From assembly GCA_963707915.1 (NCBI GenBank), contig OY970178.1, positions 2,112,001 to 2,176,000 on the forward strand: a stretch of 64,000 bases of DNA, given 5' to 3'. The translations under genes were made by a program, and so were the position numbers. Within the stretch, counting starts at the first letter, position 1; the number at the start of each line of letters is the position of its first letter. The notes under the pieces were generated by a model that was not told the DNA's origin, did no database searches, and worked only from the letters and a program-made list of their open reading frames with translations. Below are positions 1 through 7,432 of the stretch, piece by piece. Source of the DNA: Candidatus Eiseniibacteriota bacterium. Lineage in GTDB: Bacteria; Eisenbacteria; RBG-16-71-46.

Positions 1-1618
1 ACACGATGTCGGTCGGGATGTCCGCCGAGGCCAGGCCGTCGAGGTCCTTCTTCAGCTGCGGGTCCATCTGGTCGGCCTTGGGCAGGAACGCGTCCACTCC
101 GGCGTAGTCGCCGTTCCCCTGGAGCGTCAGCACCTTCGCCGAGAACGCGTCCACCGCGGCCTGCATCTTCGCGGGGTCCACGCGGTAGGTGCCGCGGGTC
201 GAATCGCGCGAGAAGGCCCCCTGTTCCTTGAAGAAGGCGAACTCGGCGAGGTTCGCGCGGCCGTGGGCGCTGGCGGACCCGAAGCGCACCGAACGGAACA
301 GCCCCGCCAGGTAGGTGACGTAGTTGTCCATCAGGTCGGCGTCCGGCAGCTCGCCCATCGCCTTGAGCCGGGTGATCATGAACAGGCCCAGCACGTCGGC
401 CTTGCCCTCCTCGAGCGCGCCGCCCAGGTCCTTCAGCGCGTCGCGCACGGTGCCCTTGCCGTCGAGCGTGTTCTTGATGCCGAGCCCGTGCGAGACCTCG
501 TGGAACATCACGTTGGCGAAGAACGCGTCGAACTGGATGTTCGGCTTCTGGTCCGTCGCGATCAGCCGGTCGGCGATCGGCGTGAGGATCTTGTCGAACT
601 TGGCGCGCATGGCGTTCTTGAGTTGCAGGCGCCGCGAGCCCTTCTCGAGCTGCACGGTCTCGTCGTTGGGCAGGTTGATGGCGATGGTCTTGGAGCCGGC
701 GTTGCAGTCGCCGGCGTAGTAGACCACGTCGTAGGCGCCGAGGTCCGAGTTGCTGCCGGGCGATTCCTTCTTGTACGGCCCGGTCACCGGCAACTGCTTC
801 TGCAGCGCACCGAGCAGCTTCGCGTAGCGGGCGAGCCTGCCGCTCCACTCCCGGTCCTTGATGAGCACGTAGCCTTCGTGCGTGCTCTTGTAGCCGTACA
901 GCGCGTCCTCGTAGTTCTCGATCGGGCCGATGACGACGTCGATCCCGTTGGCCTTCATGTCCATCCAGGCCATGTCGCTCGGACGGTAGTCGTCGGTGAG
1001 CAGGGCCTGCGCCCGCAGCTCGAGGTACTTGCGCAGCCCCGCGTCCTCGGCGAGCGCGGCGGCTTCGCGCAGCCGGGCCACGGCACGCTCCACCTGCGGC
1101 TTGAACGCCTCGCGGTAGGGCACGGCGACGAGCGCCTTCTGCGCGTCGCGCCGGACGATGGTGTACTGGCCCTTGAGCGCCGCGCCCTTGTCCGGCGCCG
1201 CGGCGACGGCCTTCTCGAACTCCTCCTTCGTGAGGTCCGCCGGGTAGAAGCCGGCGCCGGGAGGCTTGGGCCCCACGCCGGGCAGGAACGGCGCGTTGCC
1301 GTTCAGGCGGTCCCACGGCCCGTAGTTGATCTCGGCGAAGCGGCGCAACCGGGGATCGGCGATGCCCGCGAGGAGCTTCGCCTTGTCGCCATAGGCCTCC
1401 AGCCAGAAGATCTCGTCCATCGCCTGGCAGGCGTCGATCAGGAGCGGGATCATCTGGCGCTCCTTCCCGGTGAGCTTGCCGAGGTCGGCGGTCAGCGTGA
1501 CCTCCGTGTAGGTGCTGAGCTTGGCGCCGGGCGCGGCGCCGGGCTTCGCCTTGGGGGCACACGCCGGCACGACCAGCAGCGCCGCGACGGCCAGACCGAG
1601 CCAGGATGCGTTTCTCAT
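1..1618 (-). CDS. Dipeptidyl peptidase III (peptidase M49) family Zn-hydrolase, probable lipoprotein; 3' end runs off the window
   Basis: Manual translation of the minus strand: MRNASWLGLAVAALLVVPAC (lipobox-like), later FFANVMFHEVSHGLG (HExxH) and ALEEGKADVLGL (EExKAD), the M49 motif pair. AGAGGAG RBS upstream. Not in the ORF track because no stop codon lies inside the window. Confidence 0.85.
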   Translation of the reverse strand, partial: MRNASWLGLAVAALLVVPACAPKAKPGAAPGAKLSTYTEVTLTADLGKLTGKERQMIPLLIDACQAMDEIFWLEAYGDKAKLLAGIADPRLRRFAEINYGPWDRLNGNAPFLPGVGPKPPGAGFYPADLTKEEFEKAVAAAPDKGAALKGQYTIVRRDAQKALVAVPYREAFKPQVERAVARLREAAALAEDAGLRKYLELRAQALLTDDYRPSDMAWMDMKANGIDVVIGPIENYEDALYGYKSTHEGYVLIKDREWSGRLARYAKLLGALQKQLPVTGPYKKESPGSNSDLGAYDVVYYAGDCNAGSKTIAINLPNDETVQLEKGSRRLQLKNAMRAKFDKILTPIADRLIATDQKPNIQFDAFFANVMFHEVSHGLGIKNTLDGKGTVRDALKDLGGALEEGKADVLGLFMITRLKAMGELPDADLMDNYVTYLAGLFRSVRFGSASAHGRANLAEFAFFKEQGAFSRDSTRGTYRVDPAKMQAAVDAFSAKVLTLQGNGDYAGVDAFLPKADQMDPQLKKDLDGLASADIPTDIV

Positions 1619-1796
1619 CGGGACTCCTCTCAGAGGATCGTGGGGATCGCTCCCGGAGGCCGGCACGCGGACCGGACGGCCGCGCCAGCGTCCGACGGAC
1701 GGGACGGAGACTAAGCCCGGAGCCGCATCGCGGCAACGGCGCGGGGCCGGGCGCGGCCCGGGAGGCGACGGGCGGGCCCGCCGCCGGGGACGCGGC

Positions 1797-2801
1797 TCAG
1801 CGCCTCGACGACTCCAGCAGGTCGCGGACCGCTTCCGGGGCGATATCCTGCATGCACCCGCACCGCCCGCCCTTGCGGCAATCGCTGCACTCGCGGTCCA
1901 CGACCAGCACGTGGGCGTCCGTGCCGAGCGGCGCCCAGCGGCCCGGATGCATGGGACGGATCGGCGGGTAGAGACCGATGGCCCGCTTGCCCAGCGCCGC
2001 GGCGACGTGGAGCGGCCCGGTGCTGGCGGCGACCAGGGCGTCGGCCTGCCCGATGAAGGAGACCAGCTCCCCGAGCGCGAACCGGCCGGTCACGTCCTCG
2101 ACCTGGGGAAGGTCGAACAGCCCGGAGCCGCGCAGGCTCTCGCCCTCCTCCCGGCTGCCGGTGACGCTGATGCGGTAGCGGTGCGCGGGGAGCAGCTCGA
2201 TCAGCCTGCGGAAGTTCTCCGTTCCCCATTCCCGGGCGCTCCCCTTCGAGCGGGGATGGAGGATGACGTGCATCTTCCTTCCGGCCTCGTCCGCCGGACC
2301 CGGGGCCCGGACGGCAGGCTGGATGCCGTAGTAGCGGGGCAGCTCGTCCAGACGGAAGGACCGGTCGATGCCCAGGGGCCGCAGGAGCTTCAGGTTGAGC
2401 TGCGCCTCGTGGAGGTCGGACCGCTTCCGCGAGAAGCGGACCCGCCGGTTGCACGTGGTCCAGTGCTGGAGCCGCCCGGCGGTGCCGATGCGGACGGGGA
2501 TCCCCGCGCGACGGGCCAGCCCCGCGATCTCCGCCCGCGGGAACGCGTGGACGATGCAGTCCGCCCCGAGTTCGCGGATCGCCCGCTCCTGCGCGCCCCG
2601 GTCCAGCGCGCGGAGCGCGGTCCAGTCGACGAATCGGTCCACGTGGCGGGACAGCTCGACCACGGGACGCACGTAGGCCGAGCCCAGGAACAGGACGTGG
2701 CAGTCCGGGAACCGTTCCTTGAGCACGCCGGCGAGCGGCAGCGTCAGCACCACGTCGCCGATACCGTCGCTCCGGGAGACGACGATCCTGGTCGGCGTCA
2801 C
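1797..2801 (-). CDS. Glycosyltransferase family 9 (ADP-heptose:LPS heptosyltransferase-like)
   Basis: SRSDGIGDVVLTLP N-terminal motif, STGPLHVAAALG, C-terminal Cys cluster typical of GT9. Confidence 0.85.
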   Translation of the reverse strand: MTPTRIVVSRSDGIGDVVLTLPLAGVLKERFPDCHVLFLGSAYVRPVVELSRHVDRFVDWTALRALDRGAQERAIRELGADCIVHAFPRAEIAGLARRAGIPVRIGTAGRLQHWTTCNRRVRFSRKRSDLHEAQLNLKLLRPLGIDRSFRLDELPRYYGIQPAVRAPGPADEAGRKMHVILHPRSKGSAREWGTENFRRLIELLPAHRYRISVTGSREEGESLRGSGLFDLPQVEDVTGRFALGELVSFIGQADALVAASTGPLHVAAALGKRAIGLYPPIRPMHPGRWAPLGTDAHVLVVDRECSDCRKGGRCGCMQDIAPEAVRDLLESSRR

Positions 2802-2841
2802 GATCGTTCCCCGGGCCGGCCCGGCGCCGGCGCGGCCGTCC

Positions 2842-3615
2842 TCATCGTGACGCCCCGCGCCAGAGCCGATCGAGCTTGAGGTACTTCATCCGCGTCGCGC
2901 GCGCCGAGATGCGCGCGATCCGGAAGCCCGCGGCCCCGTCGAGGAATCCCAGCCGGAGACCGTAGTCGAGGACGAACTTCCAGGCCGGGCTCAGGACGAG
3001 GCGCAGGGCCCCCGCCTTCTTCCCGCGCCGGAAGAGCTCCTCGGCCGCGAGGGTCGTGAACCGGTCGGCCTGGCGATGGTGGTCCTCCAGCGTGGCGTAC
3101 GAATAGTGCAGGCAGTCGCCCGCCAGCAGGACGACCTCGCCCGGGGCGAACCCCCGAAGTTCCTCGTGGAGCTCTCCCACCCACCGCGTCGTCCGGCGGT
3201 CGAACATCCGCACCTTGCGGTCGGGATACCACCCGCCGTGTCGCACCCAGTGCCCGCAGTAGTTGGTCATCCGCGCGAAGCGGCAGACCCGGAGCGTCCC
3301 CCTGCCCTTGACCTCGACGATGGCGCGCCGCAGCTCCTCGGACAGCGCCTCGTCCGCGTCGAGCGAGAGGATCCAGTCGTGCCGGGCGTGCCCGTTCGCG
3401 AGGTTCTTCTGCGCGGAGTAGCCGAGCCAGTCCTGCCGGACGAAGGTCGCCCCGTGCGAGCGGCAGATCTCCTCGGTCCGGTCGCGGGAGCCGGAATCGA
3501 CCACCACGAGGTCGTCCGCGACGCCGCGCAGGCTCTCGAGGCAGCGGCCGATGTTCCGCTCCTCGTCGCGCGTGATGACGACGGCGGACAGGGGAAGCGA
3601 AGCGGTCGTTCCCAT
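2842..3615 (-). CDS. Glycosyltransferase family 2 (beta-1,4-glucosyltransferase-like, LPS core)
   Basis: LSAVVITRDEERNIGRCLESL, VVDSGSRDRT, WILSLDADE, GWYPD, LGFLDG motifs. Start set at ATG 3615 (MGTTASLP). Confidence 0.85.
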   Translation of the reverse strand: MGTTASLPLSAVVITRDEERNIGRCLESLRGVADDLVVVDSGSRDRTEEICRSHGATFVRQDWLGYSAQKNLANGHARHDWILSLDADEALSEELRRAIVEVKGRGTLRVCRFARMTNYCGHWVRHGGWYPDRKVRMFDRRTTRWVGELHEELRGFAPGEVVLLAGDCLHYSYATLEDHHRQADRFTTLAAEELFRRGKKAGALRLVLSPAWKFVLDYGLRLGFLDGAAGFRIARISARATRMKYLKLDRLWRGASR

Positions 3616-3629
3616 GGTCCAGGCCGGGG

Positions 3630-4472
3630 TCAGGAGCCCAGCATCAACGCCGTCACCCGGACGAACGACATCACCACGGCGAAGGCCGTGAGCGCCAGCA
3701 GCGCGAGGGCCAGGATCTGCACCAGCGGGGTCTCGCGCTTCTCGTCGTCGAAGCGCATGGCGGTCGCCGCGCCCCAGCCGCCAGCGAAGCCGCCGAGGTG
3801 CGCCCAGTTGTTCACGCCCGACATCATGAAGCCCATCACGAACATGATGATGGCCCACTGCCAGAGCTGGGTGCTCAGCATCGCGATGCGGCGGCGCCGG
3901 CTGTAGACGATGAGCGCGGCGAGCAGGCCGAAGATGCTGCCGGAGGCGCCCATCGTGGGCGCGCCGCTCAGCAGGTTCGAGGCGACGAACCCGGCCGCGC
4001 CGCCGACGGTGAAGATGATGAACGCACGTGCCGGCCCGTAGACCTCGGTGACGTTCGGGCCCAGCTGCCGGACCCACATCAGGTTGAAGAAGATGTGGAG
4101 CAGGCTGCCGTGCAGGTAGATGGCGCTGAACACGGTCCACCACCAGCCCTGGTGCCAGGCGATGCCGCCCGTCATGCCGAGCTGGTAGAGGGCGCGGGAG
4201 CCGGGCGAGAGGAAGTTGAAGAGCGCGCCGAACGCGCCGCCCCCGCCGGAGGGCTGGAGGATCGCACCGGGCTGGAGCGCGAGCGAGACGACGTAGAGCG
4301 CCACGCAGGCGCCGAAGATCACGGCGTTGAGGTCGAGCCTGCGGCCGAAGAGGCGCTGCAGCTTCGGCGTCAGGCCGTAGAACCCGGGACGCCAGGCGCC
4401 GCAGAACGGGCAGCGCTCCTCGTCCGTGCCGATGAGCTTCTCGCAGCTGGGGCAGATCATCGCGGGCGACAT
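3630..4472 (-). CDS. Rhomboid family intramembrane serine protease with N-terminal zinc-ribbon-like motif
   Basis: HGSLLHIFFN, catalytic GASG and NNWAHLGG motifs, several TM segments; N-terminal CPSC...CPFC. Confidence 0.85.
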   Translation of the reverse strand: MSPAMICPSCEKLIGTDEERCPFCGAWRPGFYGLTPKLQRLFGRRLDLNAVIFGACVALYVVSLALQPGAILQPSGGGGAFGALFNFLSPGSRALYQLGMTGGIAWHQGWWWTVFSAIYLHGSLLHIFFNLMWVRQLGPNVTEVYGPARAFIIFTVGGAAGFVASNLLSGAPTMGASGSIFGLLAALIVYSRRRRIAMLSTQLWQWAIIMFVMGFMMSGVNNWAHLGGFAGGWGAATAMRFDDEKRETPLVQILALALLALTAFAVVMSFVRVTALMLGS

Positions 4473-4591
4473 GGGGGCAGGATAAGGCAAGCGGACGCCG
4501 GGAGGCGAACGCGACGCCGGCGGCCCGGGCCCGGACGCGGCCGGCCCCGCGGGGAGCGGGGCCGGCGGGATCACCTGGTTCGGAACGGAGC

Positions 4592-5518
4592 CTAGTCTTC
4601 GGCTTCCTCGCCGCCCATCGGGCCGGCCTGGAACTTCTTCAGCTGCTCGGGGGTGAGCAGCGCGCGCACCTCGAGCATGGTCGCGGCGCGCGACTTCTGC
4701 ATCCCGGCCCGCATCTGCGCGACCTTGTCGATCTGCGCGTCGATCTTCGGACGGTCGGGGTTCTCGGCCCGCATCAGCTGCTGCAGGTCCATCGTGGCGA
4801 TGCGGATGTCGGCCTGTGCCTGCACCATCAGCCGCGCCTGCTTCGCGTGGATGGCCTCCACCTTCTTCTGCTGGTCGGCGGTGAGCTCGAGGGCCTTCAG
4901 CATCATCGGTCCGTGGCCCGGACCCATGCCGGCGCCCATCGGGCCGCCCATCGGGCCATCCTCCATGCCCCCGCCGGTCACCATGACCTTCACCTCGCGG
5001 CGCTCCATCCCGCCGCCCTGGGACGCGCAGCCCGCCATGCCCTTGCCGCTCATCTTCGCGCAACCCTTCATCTCGCCATCCGACACGACGCAGACGGCGA
5101 CGTGCTTGCCGCCCTTCATGTCGCAGCCCATCATGTCGCCGGACTTGCAGCACTCCTTGCCCTTGCCGCCCTTCATGTCGCCGGACTTGCAGCACTCCTT
5201 GCCCTTGCCGCCCTTCATGCCGCAGCCCTTCATGTCGCCGGACTTGCAGCACTCCTTGCCCTTGCCGCACTTCGTGCCGCAGCCCTTCATGTCGCAGGAC
5301 TGGCTGCAGCCACCCTTCACCGCCGCGCCCTTCATGGTGCACCCGGGCATCGCGGCGTCGGCGCCCTTCTCGGCACCGGCATGCATGGCGCAGCCCGGCA
5401 TCGCCTGCCCGGCCGGCCCGGTCTCGTCGGACTTGTCGGCTGCCAGCGCGAGGAGTGCGGGCACCGTCATCATGAGCGCGGCGACGACGGCCACGGCCTT
5501 CCAGTGAAGCTTCCTCAT
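4592..5518 (-). CDS. Periplasmic Spy/CpxP/ZraP-like (LTxxQ) protein with a long Cys/Met/Gly/Lys-rich repeat region
   Basis: Signal peptide MRKLHWKAVAVVAALMMTVPALLALAA; LELTADQQKKV and LLTPEQLKKF LTxxQ motifs; 17 Cys in the N-terminal half; GGAGGAAG RBS. Confidence 0.75.
   Translation of the reverse strand: MRKLHWKAVAVVAALMMTVPALLALAADKSDETGPAGQAMPGCAMHAGAEKGADAAMPGCTMKGAAVKGGCSQSCDMKGCGTKCGKGKECCKSGDMKGCGMKGGKGKECCKSGDMKGGKGKECCKSGDMMGCDMKGGKHVAVCVVSDGEMKGCAKMSGKGMAGCASQGGGMERREVKVMVTGGGMEDGPMGGPMGAGMGPGHGPMMLKALELTADQQKKVEAIHAKQARLMVQAQADIRIATMDLQQLMRAENPDRPKIDAQIDKVAQMRAGMQKSRAATMLEVRALLTPEQLKKFQAGPMGGEEAED
5132..5268. repeat. Intragenic tandem repeat: three identical 38-nt units (CATGTCGCCGGACTTGCAGCACTCCTTGCCCTTGCCGC) encoding GKGKECCKSGDM
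   Basis: Copies start at 5132, 5174 and 5231; spacings of 42 and 57 nt are both multiples of 3. Confidence 0.9.
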
Positions 5519-5805
5519 GGACTTCCTCCGTTGTGGGCAGCGCCCGCGCAATCGCGCAGGTTCGCCGTCCTGCCTGGTACCGAACCCCCTCCCGCCGAGC
5601 CGATCGCGTGCGACGTACGGAGAGCGTTTCAATGGTCGCAGGCCCGATCCTCGCGGCGCAAGTGCAAACGCACGCGGCGACGCCATTTCCGTGCACGCCA
5701 CCCGCGATCGGGCGGGCGCCCTGACACGGCCCGGACATCCGCCTGACGAAGGCTTGCGTTTCGGCGCCGGTCGCGGCATCTTGGTCCGGTCCGCTGCGAG
5801 GCGGG

Positions 5806-5898
5806 CGCGTCGTTAGGGGTGGTCGGCCGGAACCGGCGCCGACCTGAGAGCAAACCCTCTGAACCTGATCTGGCCAAGACCAGCGTAGGGAAACGGCG
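5806..5898 (+). ncRNA. TPP (thiamine pyrophosphate) riboswitch
   Basis: TAGGGGTG...CTGAGAG...ACCCTCTGAACCTGATCTGGCCAAGACCAGCGTAGGGAA matches the THI-box consensus. P1 can pair CGTCGTT with AACGGCG. Lies directly upstream of transport genes. Confidence 0.93.
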
Positions 5899-6028
5899 AA
5901 GACAAACGAGCTCTCCGCTTGCCTTCGTGCCGTCCCTGCGCGGACGGCATCTCCGTTCCGGGCTGCACGGGCGCCGAGTCCCGCGTTCCACGCGGCCCGC
6001 GAAGAGAGCCCCCGCCGCGGGATCGCAC

Positions 6029-7432
6029 ATGTTCAGCACGAGCCCCCTCGACTGGGGGCTGATCCTCCTCTATTTCGGCTTCCTCGCCGCGGTCTGGGCG
6101 GGCGCCTTCGGGCGCCGGCTCGGGGCGCTCGACTACCTCGTGGCCGGGCGCCGGGTCACGCTGCCCGCGCTGGTCGCCACGCTGGTCGCCACCTGGTACG
6201 GCGGCATCCTGGGAGTGGGCGAGTACTCGTGGCGCTACGGGCTCGCCAACTGGCTGGTCTTCGGCGTGCCCTACTACCTCGGCGCGCTGCTCTTCGCCGT
6301 GCTCTTCGCGAAGCGCGCCCGGGACACCCGCCTCTACACCCTGCCCGACCTGCTCGACCGGGCCTACGGCCGCGGGCCCGCGTTGATGGGCGCGCTCGCG
6401 GTCTTCGTCGTGGCACAGCCCGCGGCCTACGTGCTCATGCTGGGCACGCTCTTCGCTGCCATGTTCGGGCTGCCGCTGGCGCCCTGCATCCTGGCCGCCG
6501 CACTGCTCTCGGTCTTCTACATCGACAAGGGCGGGCTCCGGGCGGTGGTCTTCACCGACCAGGTGCAGTTCGTGCTGATGTACCTGGGCTTCGCGCTGCT
6601 GCTGGTCTTCCTGGTCGCGCAGCACGGCGCGCTGCCGTTCCTGCGCGCGCACCTGCCGCCCGGCCACTTCACCTGGCACGGCGGCAATCCGCCGCAGGCC
6701 ATCTTCGTCTGGTACTTCATCGCGCTCTCGGCGCTCGTCGACCCCGGCTTCTGGCAGCGCGCCTACGCCGCCCGCGACCCGAAGGTCGCCCGCAACGCCG
6801 TGCTCTGGTCGGTCGCGTGCTGGGCGGTGTTCGACTTCATGACCACGATGGCCGGCCTCTACGCCCGCGCCCTGCTGCCCCGGCTCGCGGACCCGGTGTT
6901 CGCCTTCCCGGAGGTCGCCCGCATCACCCTGCCGCCTTTCGCGCTCGGCCTGTTCTACGTGTCCATGATCGCCACGGTGATGAGCACCATCGATTCCTAC
7001 GGGTTCATCGCCGCGGCAACCCTGAGCCGCGACGTGGCCTGGCGCATCGTGCGCGGCGACGAGGACCGCGTGGCGGGCTGGACGCGCGTCGGCCTGTGGT
7101 TCACCGCCGGCTTCGCCGCGCTGCTCGCGCTCGCCAACCCCAGCGTGATCGCGCTGTGGCACGACCTGGGCTCCATCGTCACCCCTACGCTGCTGCTGCC
7201 GGTGGGTTGCGCGCTGCTCCAGCGCGGCCGGCTGGGCCCGCGCTGGACGCTGGCGGCGATGGTCGCGCCATTCGCCTGCTCCCTCGTCTGGGTGCTGCTC
7301 GAGGCCTTCCCGCCGCCCGGTGCGACGGCGGCCTACCCCTGGTCGATCGAACCCATCTACGTCGGTCTCACCGTCTCGCTGCTGGTCTACGGCGCGGGGT
7401 GGCTCTGGCCGAAGACGGAGGTCACCCGATGA
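6029..7432 (+). CDS. Sodium:solute symporter (SSS) family, probable thiamine or thiamine-precursor transporter
   Basis: DYLVAGRR, ATWYGG, GGLRAVVFTDQVQF, WQRAYAA, MSTIDS SSS motifs; many TM helices; downstream of the TPP riboswitch. Confidence 0.85.
   Translation: MFSTSPLDWGLILLYFGFLAAVWAGAFGRRLGALDYLVAGRRVTLPALVATLVATWYGGILGVGEYSWRYGLANWLVFGVPYYLGALLFAVLFAKRARDTRLYTLPDLLDRAYGRGPALMGALAVFVVAQPAAYVLMLGTLFAAMFGLPLAPCILAAALLSVFYIDKGGLRAVVFTDQVQFVLMYLGFALLLVFLVAQHGALPFLRAHLPPGHFTWHGGNPPQAIFVWYFIALSALVDPGFWQRAYAARDPKVARNAVLWSVACWAVFDFMTTMAGLYARALLPRLADPVFAFPEVARITLPPFALGLFYVSMIATVMSTIDSYGFIAAATLSRDVAWRIVRGDEDRVAGWTRVGLWFTAGFAALLALANPSVIALWHDLGSIVTPTLLLPVGCALLQRGRLGPRWTLAAMVAPFACSLVWVLLEAFPPPGATAAYPWSIEPIYVGLTVSLLVYGAGWLWPKTEVTR

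Noticed and set aside
263..1714. 483-aa plus-strand ORF and many similar long ORFs (e.g. 7387-10056, 13492-16620, 31575-33536, 37930-39921, 58481-60658)
   Set aside because: Antisense or off-frame shadows of real genes. Stop codons are rare at this GC content, and the translations have biased composition with no family motifs.
5132..5268. 38-nt repeats as a possible CRISPR array
   Set aside because: In-frame coding repeats with 4- and 19-nt gaps inside the Spy-like gene.
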